The notes under the pieces were generated by a model that was not told the DNA's origin, did not search any database, and was given only the letters and a program-made list of their open reading frames with translations. A program made the position numbers and the translations under genes. From Gammaproteobacteria bacterium (GTDB lineage: Bacteria > Pseudomonadota > Gammaproteobacteria > JABABF01): a stretch of 64,000 nucleotides of DNA. Of the stretch, positions 1 to 8,802 are shown in pieces (position 1 is the stretch's first letter; every line of letters starts with the position of its first letter). The DNA lies in NCBI GenBank assembly GCA_965237805.1, contig OZ250153.1, forward strand, positions 1,120,001 to 1,184,000, given 5' to 3'.

Positions 1-1
1 G

Positions 2-778
2 ACACAGGGCCAAGGGTTGATGCCCGACGGTAGCAGCCGTTTTTCATTGGGTGGCGAGCCCATCTACCACTACATGGGCACCTCCACCTTTGCTCACCAC
101 ACTGTCTTGCCAGAAATTGCGGTGGCGAAGATTCGTCCAGACGCGCCTTTCGACAAAGTCTGTTACATCGGTTGCGGGGTGAGCACTGGCATCGGTGCGG
201 TCATCAACACCGCCAAAGTCAAGCCCGGCGACAATGTGGTGGTGTTCGGTTTGGGCGGCATCGGCTTGAATGTGGTGCAGGGTGCGCGCCTCGCCGGGGC
301 GAACCAAATTGTCGGCGTCGATATCAATCCGGACCGACGCGAATTGGCCGAGCAATTCGGCATGACACATTTTGTCAATGCGGCGGAAGCCGACGGCGAT
401 TTGACAGCATATCTGGTGGATTTGACCGGCGGCGGTGCGGATTTCAGTTTTGAGTGCATCGGCAATGTCGAGACCATGCGCCAAGCGTTGGAATGTTGCC
501 ACAAGGGCTGGGGGGAGTCGGTCATCATCGGGGTCGCCGGTGCGGGACAGGAGATCAGCACCCGGCCATTTCAATTGGTGACCGGCCGCGTGTGGCGCGG
601 CACCGCTTTTGGCGGCATGCGCGGCCGTAGCGATGTCCCCAAAATCGTCGATTGGTATATGGAGGGGAAAATACAAATCGACCCGATGATCACCCACACC
701 ATGCCGCTCGCCGACATCAACCGGGCTTTCGACTTGATGCACGCTGGCGAATCCATCCGCAGCGTCGTGGTGTTTTAG
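2..778 (+). CDS. frmA: S-(hydroxymethyl)glutathione dehydrogenase / class III alcohol dehydrogenase (5' truncated by window)
   Basis: GLGGIGLNV Rossmann motif, [29 protein letters not shown] and ESIRSVV C-terminus; frame open to window edge. Confidence 0.97.
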   Translation, partial: TQGQGLMPDGSSRFSLGGEPIYHYMGTSTFAHHTVLPEIAVAKIRPDAPFDKVCYIGCGVSTGIGAVINTAKVKPGDNVVVFGLGGIGLNVVQGARLAGANQIVGVDINPDRRELAEQFGMTHFVNAAEADGDLTAYLVDLTGGGADFSFECIGNVETMRQALECCHKGWGESVIIGVAGAGQEISTRPFQLVTGRVWRGTAFGGMRGRSDVPKIVDWYMEGKIQIDPMITHTMPLADINRAFDLMHAGESIRSVVVF

Positions 779-780
779 CG

Positions 781-1632
781 GTGGAGACCATCAGCAGCAA
801 TAAAAGCTTCGGCGGCATCCAGGGCATTTACCGGCACGAGTCGCACAGCGTCAACACACCGATGCGCTTTTCGGTCTATGTGCCGCCACAGGCCGAGGCG
901 GGTGACAAAGTGCCGGTGATCTGGTGGCTGTCCGGCCTGACCAGCACTGAAGAGAACTTCACCATCAAGGGTGGATTCCAGCGCCACGCCGCCGAGCACG
1001 GAGTGATTGTCGTCGCACCCGACACCAGCCCGCGGGGAGCGGGCATCGCTGGCGAGGATGAGGCCTACGACTTCGGCACTGGCGCCGGTTTTTATGTCGA
1101 TGCCACAGTCGCGCCGTGGAGTGGTCATTACCGCATGTTCAGCTATGTCAGCGAGGAGTTACCGGCATTGGTGGCCGCGCATTTCCCCGCCGACATGAGC
1201 CAACAGGGGATCATGGGATTTTCCATGGGTGGACACGGAGCGATGCTCTTGGCGCTGCGCAATCCGGGGCGCTATCGTGCGGTTTCTGCCTTTGCACCGA
1301 TCTGCCACCTCAGCGCGTGCGACTGGGGGCATAAAGCTTTGAGCGGTTATTTGGGAGATGACCGCACAGCGTGGCGCGATTGGGATGTGGTGGAGTTGAT
1401 CAAGAGCGGCAAAAGCTGCCCACCGCTATTGGTGGACCAAGGCACAGCGGACGAGTTTTTAGCGGCGGGACAATTACAGCCCCAAACTTTGCGCGCGGCC
1501 TGCGATACGACGGGGCAGGCTTTAACCTTAGGCCTGCAGGAGGGCTATGACCACAGCTATTACTTTGTGGCGAGCTTTATTGGGGAGCATATCGCCCACC
1601 ATGCGCGGGCGTTTTCGGGGGGTGGGGCTTAG
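781..1632 (+). CDS. fghA: S-formylglutathione hydrolase
   Basis: WLSGLT, PDTSPRG, YDFGTGAGFY, GFSMGG nucleophile elbow, GYDHSYYF; GTG start 2 nt after frmA stop. Confidence 0.95.
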   Translation: METISSNKSFGGIQGIYRHESHSVNTPMRFSVYVPPQAEAGDKVPVIWWLSGLTSTEENFTIKGGFQRHAAEHGVIVVAPDTSPRGAGIAGEDEAYDFGTGAGFYVDATVAPWSGHYRMFSYVSEELPALVAAHFPADMSQQGIMGFSMGGHGAMLLALRNPGRYRAVSAFAPICHLSACDWGHKALSGYLGDDRTAWRDWDVVELIKSGKSCPPLLVDQGTADEFLAAGQLQPQTLRAACDTTGQALTLGLQEGYDHSYYFVASFIGEHIAHHARAFSGGGA

Positions 1633-1654
1633 GCTGGGCGAGATTCCTTTTTGA

Positions 1655-2533
1655 CTAAGGATTTGCGGCAACCCGATTGCCGCTACGATACACTTCGGCT
1701 TGCAAGTCAGCCCATACATCGACAGCGCCGGGGCGCGTGTACAGCTGTGGCGAGGCGGTGTCCTGGGTCAATTTAAAAACGCGATAGAGCCAATAACTAT
1801 CGCTGTGCTCTTTGGAGGTGCTCAGTTCATTGCTGGTGATGAAAAATGGTGTGCGTATGCCCAACCGGGTGGTCTTGACTTCAATCCACTTCTCTTTGCC
1901 ATGCTTGTCGTATGAGCGTATGTCATAACCAGCACTCGGCCCCTGCGTTTGGGCGACATGTTCCACTTGCTTGGCCAAATGAGTTAGCCCGCTGTCATGC
2001 AAGGCCTTGCGTTCATGCTCTAATACCAGCGCTTCGCCAGCTGCCCCCACCGCATGGTTCATCGCCTCGATTAATAGGTAATTTTTATTTATTTTCTGAG
2101 GCACTAAATAGCGTGCTTTTTGCTCGGCAATATTGAAAACAGGGGGCTTAGTCAACCGTAGCACCTGTGCGCTAGCAGCCACTTTGATAGCTGGAGTGAT
2201 ATCAGTGGCCCATTGATACATAGCGCTCTCTAATTGGCGGCCTTGTGCTGAGTCTAAATATTCCCGCACCACACCCCGCAAACTTTGTTGGTAATGTGCG
2301 CCTCCCCGCGGCGTATAGCCCATCAGATGAGGTTGCCCTAGCTGCACCATCACAGCGGATATATTCATATGCTTATATTCGATAGATTTTTTTGACCGCT
2401 GCACCAATTTCTGCAAACTCTCCCGATGCGCTGTCTTGGAGTATTTCTCCTTGCTCAACTCCTTGAGCAACATGGCGAAGTAATCAGCCACGATCGCCTC
2501 ATTCTCCTGCTGGCTCCATGGCTCGCCCGCCAT
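1655..2533 (-). CDS. DUF3883 / NO VEIN C-terminal domain protein, putative PD-(D/E)xK nuclease
   Basis: GYDIRS...IEVKTT...FFITSNE...YWLYRVF motif; lower GC than flanks. Confidence 0.8.
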   Translation of the reverse strand: MAGEPWSQQENEAIVADYFAMLLKELSKEKYSKTAHRESLQKLVQRSKKSIEYKHMNISAVMVQLGQPHLMGYTPRGGAHYQQSLRGVVREYLDSAQGRQLESAMYQWATDITPAIKVAASAQVLRLTKPPVFNIAEQKARYLVPQKINKNYLLIEAMNHAVGAAGEALVLEHERKALHDSGLTHLAKQVEHVAQTQGPSAGYDIRSYDKHGKEKWIEVKTTRLGIRTPFFITSNELSTSKEHSDSYWLYRVFKLTQDTASPQLYTRPGAVDVWADLQAEVYRSGNRVAANP

Positions 2534-2539
2534 CCCCCC

Positions 2540-2791
2540 TCACTTCGCCTCCACCCACCGCACCACATCCGCCGGGTTGTCTGGCTGTTTTCCGTCTGGT
2601 GCATCGCCCATCATCTCGTCCAGCACTTTGTGCAGCCCGCAGGCGACGCACTCCAAGGCTGGCAGGCCGCCCTCCGGCGCAGCTAACAGGGCGATGCGAT
2701 CCTCCGCCCCACACTCGGGGCAGATGGCCCCGGCGATAAAGCGCCGCTTGGGTTTTGCCGCGTCGCCCACGCGACCCTCGCTGGCACTCAT
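2540..2791 (-). CDS. YheV family zinc-ribbon protein
   Basis: KRRFIAGAICPEC...ECVACG; ATG overlaps aroE stop (ATGA). Confidence 0.85.
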   Translation of the reverse strand: MSASEGRVGDAAKPKRRFIAGAICPECGAEDRIALLAAPEGGLPALECVACGLHKVLDEMMGDAPDGKQPDNPADVVRWVEAK

Positions 2792-3621
2792 GCCGCGGCC
2801 TGCTCTCGGCGCAGCTCGGCCAGCACCGGGGCGGTATCCGGCTCCACGCCGCGCCACAGCTTGAAGGACTCCGCCGCTTGCTCCACCAGTAGCCCGAGGC
2901 CGTCGCTGACGGTGCCGCCCTGCGCCTGACCCCAACGCAGGAAGGGCTGAGCAGCGGTACCGTATTGCATGTCGTAGCAGTGCCCGCCCGGCAATAGCAG
3001 CTCCTCGGACAGGGGCGGCAGCTCGTCCGTCTGGCCCGCACTGGTGCCGTTGATGATCAGCTCGAATTGCAGATTCGCCAGCGTCAGCGCCTCGAAATCG
3101 CGCACGGTGATGGGGCCGATATTGGCGAAATCCTCCTCTAGCTCCTGCGCCCGTGACGGTGTGCGATTGACCAAGACCACCAGCGCCGGATCCTCCAGCA
3201 ACAGCGGCTCGAGTACGCCGCGCACCGCCCCGCCAGCCCCGATCACCAGCACCTGTTTGTCGGTCACTTGCCAGTCGAGATTGCGGCTGAGATCGCGCAT
3301 CAGGCCAGCACCGTCGGTGTTGTCACCGCGCACCCGACCATCCCCTGCTGGACTCAGCGTGTTGACAGCCCCGGCCTGCAGTGCGCGCCCGCTCAGCTCG
3401 TCGGCGCAGATTAAGGCGTTGCGCTTGAATGGCAGGGTGATATTGAGGCCCTTGCCGCCGCTGTCAAAGAAGTTGCGCACCGCCTCATCGAAGCCGTCCA
3501 ACGCCACCAGCTGGCTGTCGTACTCGATGGAGTCGCCGAGCGAGTGCGCGAAGGCGGCGTGGATGCGCGGCGACAAACTGTGCTCTATGGGGTTGCCGAA
3601 GACGGCGTAGCGCTCAGCCAT
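2788..3621 (-). CDS. aroE: shikimate dehydrogenase
   Basis: [40 protein letters not shown] motifs. Confidence 0.96.
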   Translation of the reverse strand: MAERYAVFGNPIEHSLSPRIHAAFAHSLGDSIEYDSQLVALDGFDEAVRNFFDSGGKGLNITLPFKRNALICADELSGRALQAGAVNTLSPAGDGRVRGDNTDGAGLMRDLSRNLDWQVTDKQVLVIGAGGAVRGVLEPLLLEDPALVVLVNRTPSRAQELEEDFANIGPITVRDFEALTLANLQFELIINGTSAGQTDELPPLSEELLLPGGHCYDMQYGTAAQPFLRWGQAQGGTVSDGLGLLVEQAAESFKLWRGVEPDTAPVLAELRREQAAA

Positions 3622-4570
3622 GATGCTCTCCTAGGGGCTCTTCTTCTTGCAGCCAGTCGCGGGGGGCGAGGAATTCCGCCTCCAGCCGCGCCTCTGGCCC
3701 GTCGATCTTGATGGCGGGCTGCCGCGTCCAGCGAGCCGACGGCGGCAGCGACATCAGGATCGACTCGGTGCGACCGCCGGATTGCAAGCCGAAGCGTGTG
3801 CCGCGATCCCACAGCAGGTTGAACTCGGCGTAGCGCCCGCGCCGATGGGCTTGGAAGTTGCGCTCGCGCTCGCCGTAGGGGGTGTCGCGGCGGCGGCGCA
3901 CCAGCGGTAGATAGGCCTCGAAGAAGCTATCACCGATGCTCTGGACAAAGCCGAGGCAGCGCTCGAAACCCCACTCGTTGAGGTCGTCGAAGAACAGGCC
4001 GCCGATGCCGCGCGTCTCGCCGCCCCGGTGCGGCAGCTGGAAATACTCGTCACACCAGCGTTTGAAGCGCGGGTAAACCGTCTCGCCGAAGGGAGCGCAG
4101 GCCGTGCGTGCGGCGGCGTGCCAATGGCGGCAGTCCTCGGCGAAGCCGTAGCAGGGTGTCAGATCGTAGCCGCCTCCGAACCACCAGGCCGCACCGCTCG
4201 TCGGCTCCGCGCTGAACACGCGAAGATTGGCATGGCAGGCTGGCACATAGGGGTTTTGGGGATGCGCCACCAGCGACACGCCAGCTGCATGGAACGGTGT
4301 CCCGACCAGCGCTGGCCGCCCGGTGCTGGCGGCATCCGGCAGCTGCTCGCCCCAGATGTGTGAGTAATTGACGCCGAGCTTCTCGAACACGCCACCGCCC
4401 TCAAGCAGTCGCGACTCGCCGCCGCCACCCTCTTCGCGTCGCCAGTGCTCGGGCTGGAAGTGCTGGCCGCCATCGACCTCCTCCAGCGCTGTGCACAGGC
4501 GGTCGCGCCAAGTCTTCAACCAGCTCAGCGCCGTCTCCAACGGCACCGATGGAGCGAGTGTCTCAGCCAC
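3614..4570 (-). CDS. hemF: oxygen-dependent coproporphyrinogen III oxidase
   Basis: [54 protein letters not shown]; GTG start at 4570 inferred. Confidence 0.95.
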   Translation of the reverse strand: MAETLAPSVPLETALSWLKTWRDRLCTALEEVDGGQHFQPEHWRREEGGGGESRLLEGGGVFEKLGVNYSHIWGEQLPDAASTGRPALVGTPFHAAGVSLVAHPQNPYVPACHANLRVFSAEPTSGAAWWFGGGYDLTPCYGFAEDCRHWHAAARTACAPFGETVYPRFKRWCDEYFQLPHRGGETRGIGGLFFDDLNEWGFERCLGFVQSIGDSFFEAYLPLVRRRRDTPYGERERNFQAHRRGRYAEFNLLWDRGTRFGLQSGGRTESILMSLPPSARWTRQPAIKIDGPEARLEAEFLAPRDWLQEEEPLGEHHG

Positions 4571-5126
4571 GGCGTAGTACGGCTCCGGTGTCCAGATCGG
4601 TGATCGGCGTCGGCCCGTCGCGCCCGCCGAGCGGGCCGGGCAGCAGATAGACTGCGGTGCGTCGGCGGAACAGCCGCCGCGCTTGGAAGGCGTGGCGCGG
4701 TGCGCGGGCACCGGTGGTGTTGGCCGAGGTGGAGACCAGCGGTGCGCCGAACAAGCGGCACAGCGCCGCCGCTTGGGGGTGGGTGGTGACGCGCAGGGCG
4801 ACGCTCTGGTGGCGGCCGCGAATCCACGGCGGCGCGGTGCCGTTGTCCGGCACCAGCCAGGTGGTACCGTGCGACTGTGCCGCTTGGAAGCGCTCCTGCA
4901 GAGCCGTTGGCAGGCCGCTCAGATATGGCTGGAACTGCTCGCTGTCGGCACCGATTAAGATCAGCCCGCGCTCAGCGCTACGGCGCTTGAGGCGCAACAG
5001 CCGCACCACTGCCACCGCGTCTTCCGGGTCGCAGCCCAGCCCCCAAACCCCCTCGGTGGGGTAGGCGACGAGGCCGCCCGCGTGCAGCACATCGGCGGCG
5101 ATGCGCAGCGTTTGCTTGGCGCTCAC
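4563..5126 (-). CDS. tsaC: L-threonylcarbamoyladenylate synthase (Sua5/YrdC)
   Basis: [14 protein letters not shown] and PLVSTSAN; GTG start overlaps purE stop. Confidence 0.92.
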   Translation of the reverse strand: MSAKQTLRIAADVLHAGGLVAYPTEGVWGLGCDPEDAVAVVRLLRLKRRSAERGLILIGADSEQFQPYLSGLPTALQERFQAAQSHGTTWLVPDNGTAPPWIRGRHQSVALRVTTHPQAAALCRLFGAPLVSTSANTTGARAPRHAFQARRLFRRRTAVYLLPGPLGGRDGPTPITDLDTGAVLRRG

Positions 5127-5668
5127 ACCGTGCCCGTGGGTGACTCGCCGGGTGCTTCTCCCGCCTCCTTGCGCAGCTTTTCCTGCAGGGCGCGGTCGTG
5201 CGCTGAGACCTTTGCGGATGCCGCCTTGAGTGCCGCTTTCAGTTGCGTCGCCAGTGCCTCGTCGCCGAGGGCGAGGATGCGTGCCGCCAGCCAGGCGGCA
5301 TTGGCGGCACCGGCTCGACCGACGGCCATGGTTGCCACCGGCACTCCGGCGGGCATCTGCACTGTGGCGAGCAGTGCGTCGAGGCCGCCGAGGCCGCTCT
5401 CCAGCGGCACCCCGATAACCGGGCGTTGGCTGTGTGCGGCCACCGTCCCGGCCAAGTGTGCGGCCATGCCGGCGGCGGCGATGTGTACGGCGGCACCGCG
5501 TTCCTCGGCGTCGGCGAGGTAGTCGACCAGCGCTTGGGGGGTACGGTGTGCCGAGAGGATGCGCGCCTCGAAGGGAATCTGCAGCTGGCGCAGCACGGCG
5601 ATGGCCGCGCCCACGGTTGGCCAATCCGAGTCGGAGCCCATCAGCACCGAGACGAAAGGCTGGCTCAC
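5123..5668 (-). CDS. purE: PurE (N5-CAIR mutase / AIR carboxylase)
   Basis: [34 protein letters not shown]. Confidence 0.96.
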   Translation of the reverse strand: MSQPFVSVLMGSDSDWPTVGAAIAVLRQLQIPFEARILSAHRTPQALVDYLADAEERGAAVHIAAAGMAAHLAGTVAAHSQRPVIGVPLESGLGGLDALLATVQMPAGVPVATMAVGRAGAANAAWLAARILALGDEALATQLKAALKAASAKVSAHDRALQEKLRKEAGEAPGESPTGTV

Positions 5669-5766
5669 GGCGAATCCCTACAATATTGGGAGCGTTATCA
5701 GCTGTTCACTGTACGGTATGGTGGGGGGATTGTCCAATTAGCGTGGCACTTTGGCATCGGCGTGAT

Positions 5767-6297
5767 TTATCGATGCTGCTCGCAATACCCGGCCAAATCA
5801 AAGCCCTCCAGCCTGTCGCCGTAGCCCACCCGCGACGGGTGGCGCGGATGGCCGTCCCGCGTCGGCGGGCCGTAGCGTAGCCAGCAGGGTTCCAGCGGTG
5901 CCACGGCGGCGGCCAGTTGCGCCAAGGCTTGCCACAGCCATGGTCGCTGCGAGATGCCAGCGCCCCATGCCGCCCACAGGCTCAGCCCAACCCCGGCGCG
6001 GCGAGCCGTGGCGAGCATATGCTGCCGGTTGCACCGCAGCAGCTCGGGATCGGCCTTGAGGGGCAGCTCCCGAGGTTGGGTGGCGCGCAGGGGATAGAGG
6101 TTACAGATGGCGAAGCCGCCCCAGCCGGCCGCGCGGCTGATGCGCTCGATCTTGGTTGCCGTCAGGTCGCTGCGCTCGCGGCTGGCGGTGCTGGGATTCA
6201 GAGCCAGCACCACCAGCAATGGCCGACCGGATTGCCCAAGCAGATAACGCTCTCCATCGCCGTGGCCCGTGTAATAGAGGTCGTAGAGGGCTGTCAT
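5767..6297 (-). CDS. DUF1643 domain protein
   Basis: LNPSTA, NLYPLRAT.P, AAWG and HPRHPS motifs. Confidence 0.8.
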   Translation of the reverse strand: MTALYDLYYTGHGDGERYLLGQSGRPLLVVLALNPSTASRERSDLTATKIERISRAAGWGGFAICNLYPLRATQPRELPLKADPELLRCNRQHMLATARRAGVGLSLWAAWGAGISQRPWLWQALAQLAAAVAPLEPCWLRYGPPTRDGHPRHPSRVGYGDRLEGFDLAGYCEQHR

Positions 6298-6389
6298 TAA
6301 TTTAAGCGTATATAATAGGAACCCCATCTAATTGCACCCTAGATAGTAGCAATTTAACCAGCAGTAAGGGGCGAGAAGCTAGAGTACTT

Positions 6390-6986
6390 ATGTCTATATC
6401 GGTTCGAGTGATTCACACGCTGTGCTTGGCGTTGGTCGTTTTCGTTGCGGGTTGTGGGTCTATTGGTCCAGTCGCCCAAATCTCTGGCGAACTGGAGGGG
6501 GTCGCCGCGGGAGTCGAGGAACTCGCCGAAGGAGTCGATGGCATTGCCGAGGAACTCATCGCGGGAATCGCGGGAATCGAGGGCATCGCTGTGGGCGTCG
6601 ATGAGAGCGTCGGGGGACTCTCTAAGGATATCCAAGATCTCTCGAAGCAGCTCGGTCGGCTCGATTCCAGGTCTGGGGGATTCTCTGGAACGATCCAAGA
6701 TCTCTCGCAGGGGGTCAATCAGCTCAATGCGAAAGTCGACAATATCTCCGGGCAGGTCCGCAGGATCTCGGCGCAGCTCGAGCAGGTCCCCGAGGATAGC
6801 CTGAAGAGCCAGCAGACATCGGCGCAATGCATCGCCGTCACCTTTGCCAATGTGCTAGACCGCACTATAGTTTTGGGGCTAAAGGGTGCGGTTTCTCTTT
6901 CCATTGTGAAATTTAGCACCGCCATTATCAATATGCCGCTGAGCGTTGTGTCGATTCCTTTCGAATTGGCTAAGTGCTTGGGCTGA
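6390..6986 (+). CDS. hypothetical lipoprotein with heptad coiled coil
   Basis: hydrophobic signal ending in lipobox VAGC, about 100 aa of heptad repeats, hydrophobic C-terminus with two Cys. Confidence 0.6.
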   Translation: MSISVRVIHTLCLALVVFVAGCGSIGPVAQISGELEGVAAGVEELAEGVDGIAEELIAGIAGIEGIAVGVDESVGGLSKDIQDLSKQLGRLDSRSGGFSGTIQDLSQGVNQLNAKVDNISGQVRRISAQLEQVPEDSLKSQQTSAQCIAVTFANVLDRTIVLGLKGAVSLSIVKFSTAIINMPLSVVSIPFELAKCLG

Positions 6987-8802
6987 GGCGCTGAGCGCTG
7001 TTGGCTTGCCGCTGGTGTGCGGCCTCGAATAGGCAGATACCGACGGCGACCGAGACATTGAGGTTGGGCACCTGCCCGGCCATCGGCAAACGTCCGAGTA
7101 GATCACAGCGTTGCCGCGTCAGCTGGCGCAGGCCGCGACCCTCGCCGCCAAGTACTAAGACCAAGCCGCCGCTGCCCATCTCCAGTTGACGGAAGTCCTC
7201 TGTGGCTTCTGCTTCCGCCCCGACCAGCCACAGTCCGGCCTCCTTGAGCGTTTCCAAGCTGCGCACCAAGTTGGCGGCGGCGACCAGTGGCACGCTCTCG
7301 GCGGCCCCGCTGGCAGCTTTGCAGCACAGTGGCGACAGTGGTGCCGTGCGACTGCGCGGCACGATCACGGCCTTTGCGCCAGCGGCGTCGGCGCTGCGCA
7401 GGCAGGCGCCTAAGTTGTGGGGGTCGAGCACCCCGTCCAGCACCAGCAACAGGGGATCGCCGCCCTCGGCCAGTAGTGCCGCCAGCCAGCTGTCGCCGCG
7501 TGTTGCTGGTGGCGGACAGCGGGCGGCCACCCCTTGGTGGCGGCTGTCACGCAACAGCAGATCCAGCTCGCGGCGCGGTATGGTGCGCACGGTGATGTTG
7601 GCTGCTACGGCTTTTTCTTGTAGGGCGGCGTTGCCCTCGCTGCCCTCGCTCAGTACGAGTTCTTCCACCGCCTCCGGCCGCGCTGCCAGCGCCGCCGTCA
7701 CGGCATGGCGACCGTAGAGCCACCCAGCCGTTTCGCTACCCGAATGCCGTGCCCTCTGCATCGGTTTGGTCGTGCCCGAGGACGATGCTCCCGCCGCTTC
7801 GCCGCCTCGGTTGGCCCACCGTATTGGGCGCAGGGCTGGATCGTCTCGGTGTCGCGCATCCCGACCGCCATCGCGCCGGTCATCGCGCCCGCGCTGTGCC
7901 CCGTAACCACCGCGCTGCCCGCCCCCGCCGTAGCGCTGCCCGCCGCCTTCGCCGCCGCGCCCGTCGCGCTGCCATGGCGCTGAGTCGCGCCTGCCGTAGC
8001 CGCCTCCACCACCGCGCCGGTCATCGCGCCCGCGCTGCGCCCCATAGCTACCGCGCTGTCCGCCGCCGCCGTCGCGCTGCCATGGCGCTGAGTCGCGCCT
8101 GCCGTAGCCGCCTTCACCACCGCGTCGGTCATCGCGCCCGCGCTGTGCCCCGTAACCACCGCGCTGTCCGCCGCCGCCGTAGCGTCGCCCGCCACCCTCG
8201 CCGCCACGCTGCCATGGCGCTGAGTCGCGCCTGCCGTAGCCGCCTTCACTACCGCGCCGGTCATCGCGTCCGCGCTGTGCCCCGTAACCACCGCGCTGTC
8301 CGCCGCCGCCGTAGCGTCGCCCGCCACCTTCGCCGCCGCGCTGCCATGGCGCTGAGTCGCGCCTGCCGTAGCCGCCTTCGCCACCGCGTCGGTCATCGCG
8401 CCCGCGCTGTGCCCCGTAACCACCGCGCTGTCCGCCGCCGCCGTAGCGTCGCCCGCCACCTTCGCCGCCGCGCCCGTCGCGCTGCCATGGCGCTGAGTCA
8501 CGCCTGCCGTAGCCGCCTTCGCCACCGCGCCGGTCATCGCGCCCGCGCTGTGCCCCGTAGCCACCGCGCTGTCCGCCGCCGTAGCGTCGCCCGCCACCCT
8601 CGCCGCCGCGCCCGTCGCGCTGCCATGGCGCTGAGTCGCGCCTACCGTAGCCGCCTTCACCACCGCGCCGGTCATCGCGCCCGCGCTGTGCCCCGTAGCT
8701 GCCGCGCTGTCCGCCGCCGCCGTCGTAGCGCCTCGGGCCGCCACTGCTCGAGCCTCCTCGTCCAGCTCCGTGCCCGCCGCCTAGCCGTCCCCGATCGTTC
8801 AT
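6970..8802 (-). CDS. rlmB: 23S rRNA Gm2251 2'-O-methyltransferase RlmB with long N-terminal RGG-repeat extension
   Basis: SpoU motifs LYGRHAV, HQGV, LDGVLDPHNLGACLRSA, GGEGRGLR, LNVSVA; ATG overlaps rnr stop (ATGA). Confidence 0.93.
   Translation of the reverse strand: MNDRGRLGGGHGAGRGGSSSGGPRRYDGGGGQRGSYGAQRGRDDRRGGEGGYGRRDSAPWQRDGRGGEGGGRRYGGGQRGGYGAQRGRDDRRGGEGGYGRRDSAPWQRDGRGGEGGGRRYGGGGQRGGYGAQRGRDDRRGGEGGYGRRDSAPWQRGGEGGGRRYGGGGQRGGYGAQRGRDDRRGSEGGYGRRDSAPWQRGGEGGGRRYGGGGQRGGYGAQRGRDDRRGGEGGYGRRDSAPWQRDGGGGQRGSYGAQRGRDDRRGGGGGYGRRDSAPWQRDGRGGEGGGQRYGGGGQRGGYGAQRGRDDRRDGGRDARHRDDPALRPIRWANRGGEAAGASSSGTTKPMQRARHSGSETAGWLYGRHAVTAALAARPEAVEELVLSEGSEGNAALQEKAVAANITVRTIPRRELDLLLRDSRHQGVAARCPPPATRGDSWLAALLAEGGDPLLLVLDGVLDPHNLGACLRSADAAGAKAVIVPRSRTAPLSPLCCKAASGAAESVPLVAAANLVRSLETLKEAGLWLVGAEAEATEDFRQLEMGSGGLVLVLGGEGRGLRQLTRQRCDLLGRLPMAGQVPNLNVSVAVGICLFEAAHQRQANSAQRLSPST
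7872..8730 (-). repeat. coding tandem repeat, 6 full plus 1 partial units of about 108-141 bp (GGGQRGGYGAQRGRDDRRGGEGGYGRRDSAPWQR...)
   Basis: near-identical units directly visible, all indels in frame. Confidence 0.95.

Noticed and set aside
7872-8730. Repeat array as CRISPR or noncoding satellite
   Set aside because: No unique spacers; in frame with rlmB. Overlapping Ala/Thr-rich ORFs (7698-8744, 7749-9191) are shadows of the repeat.
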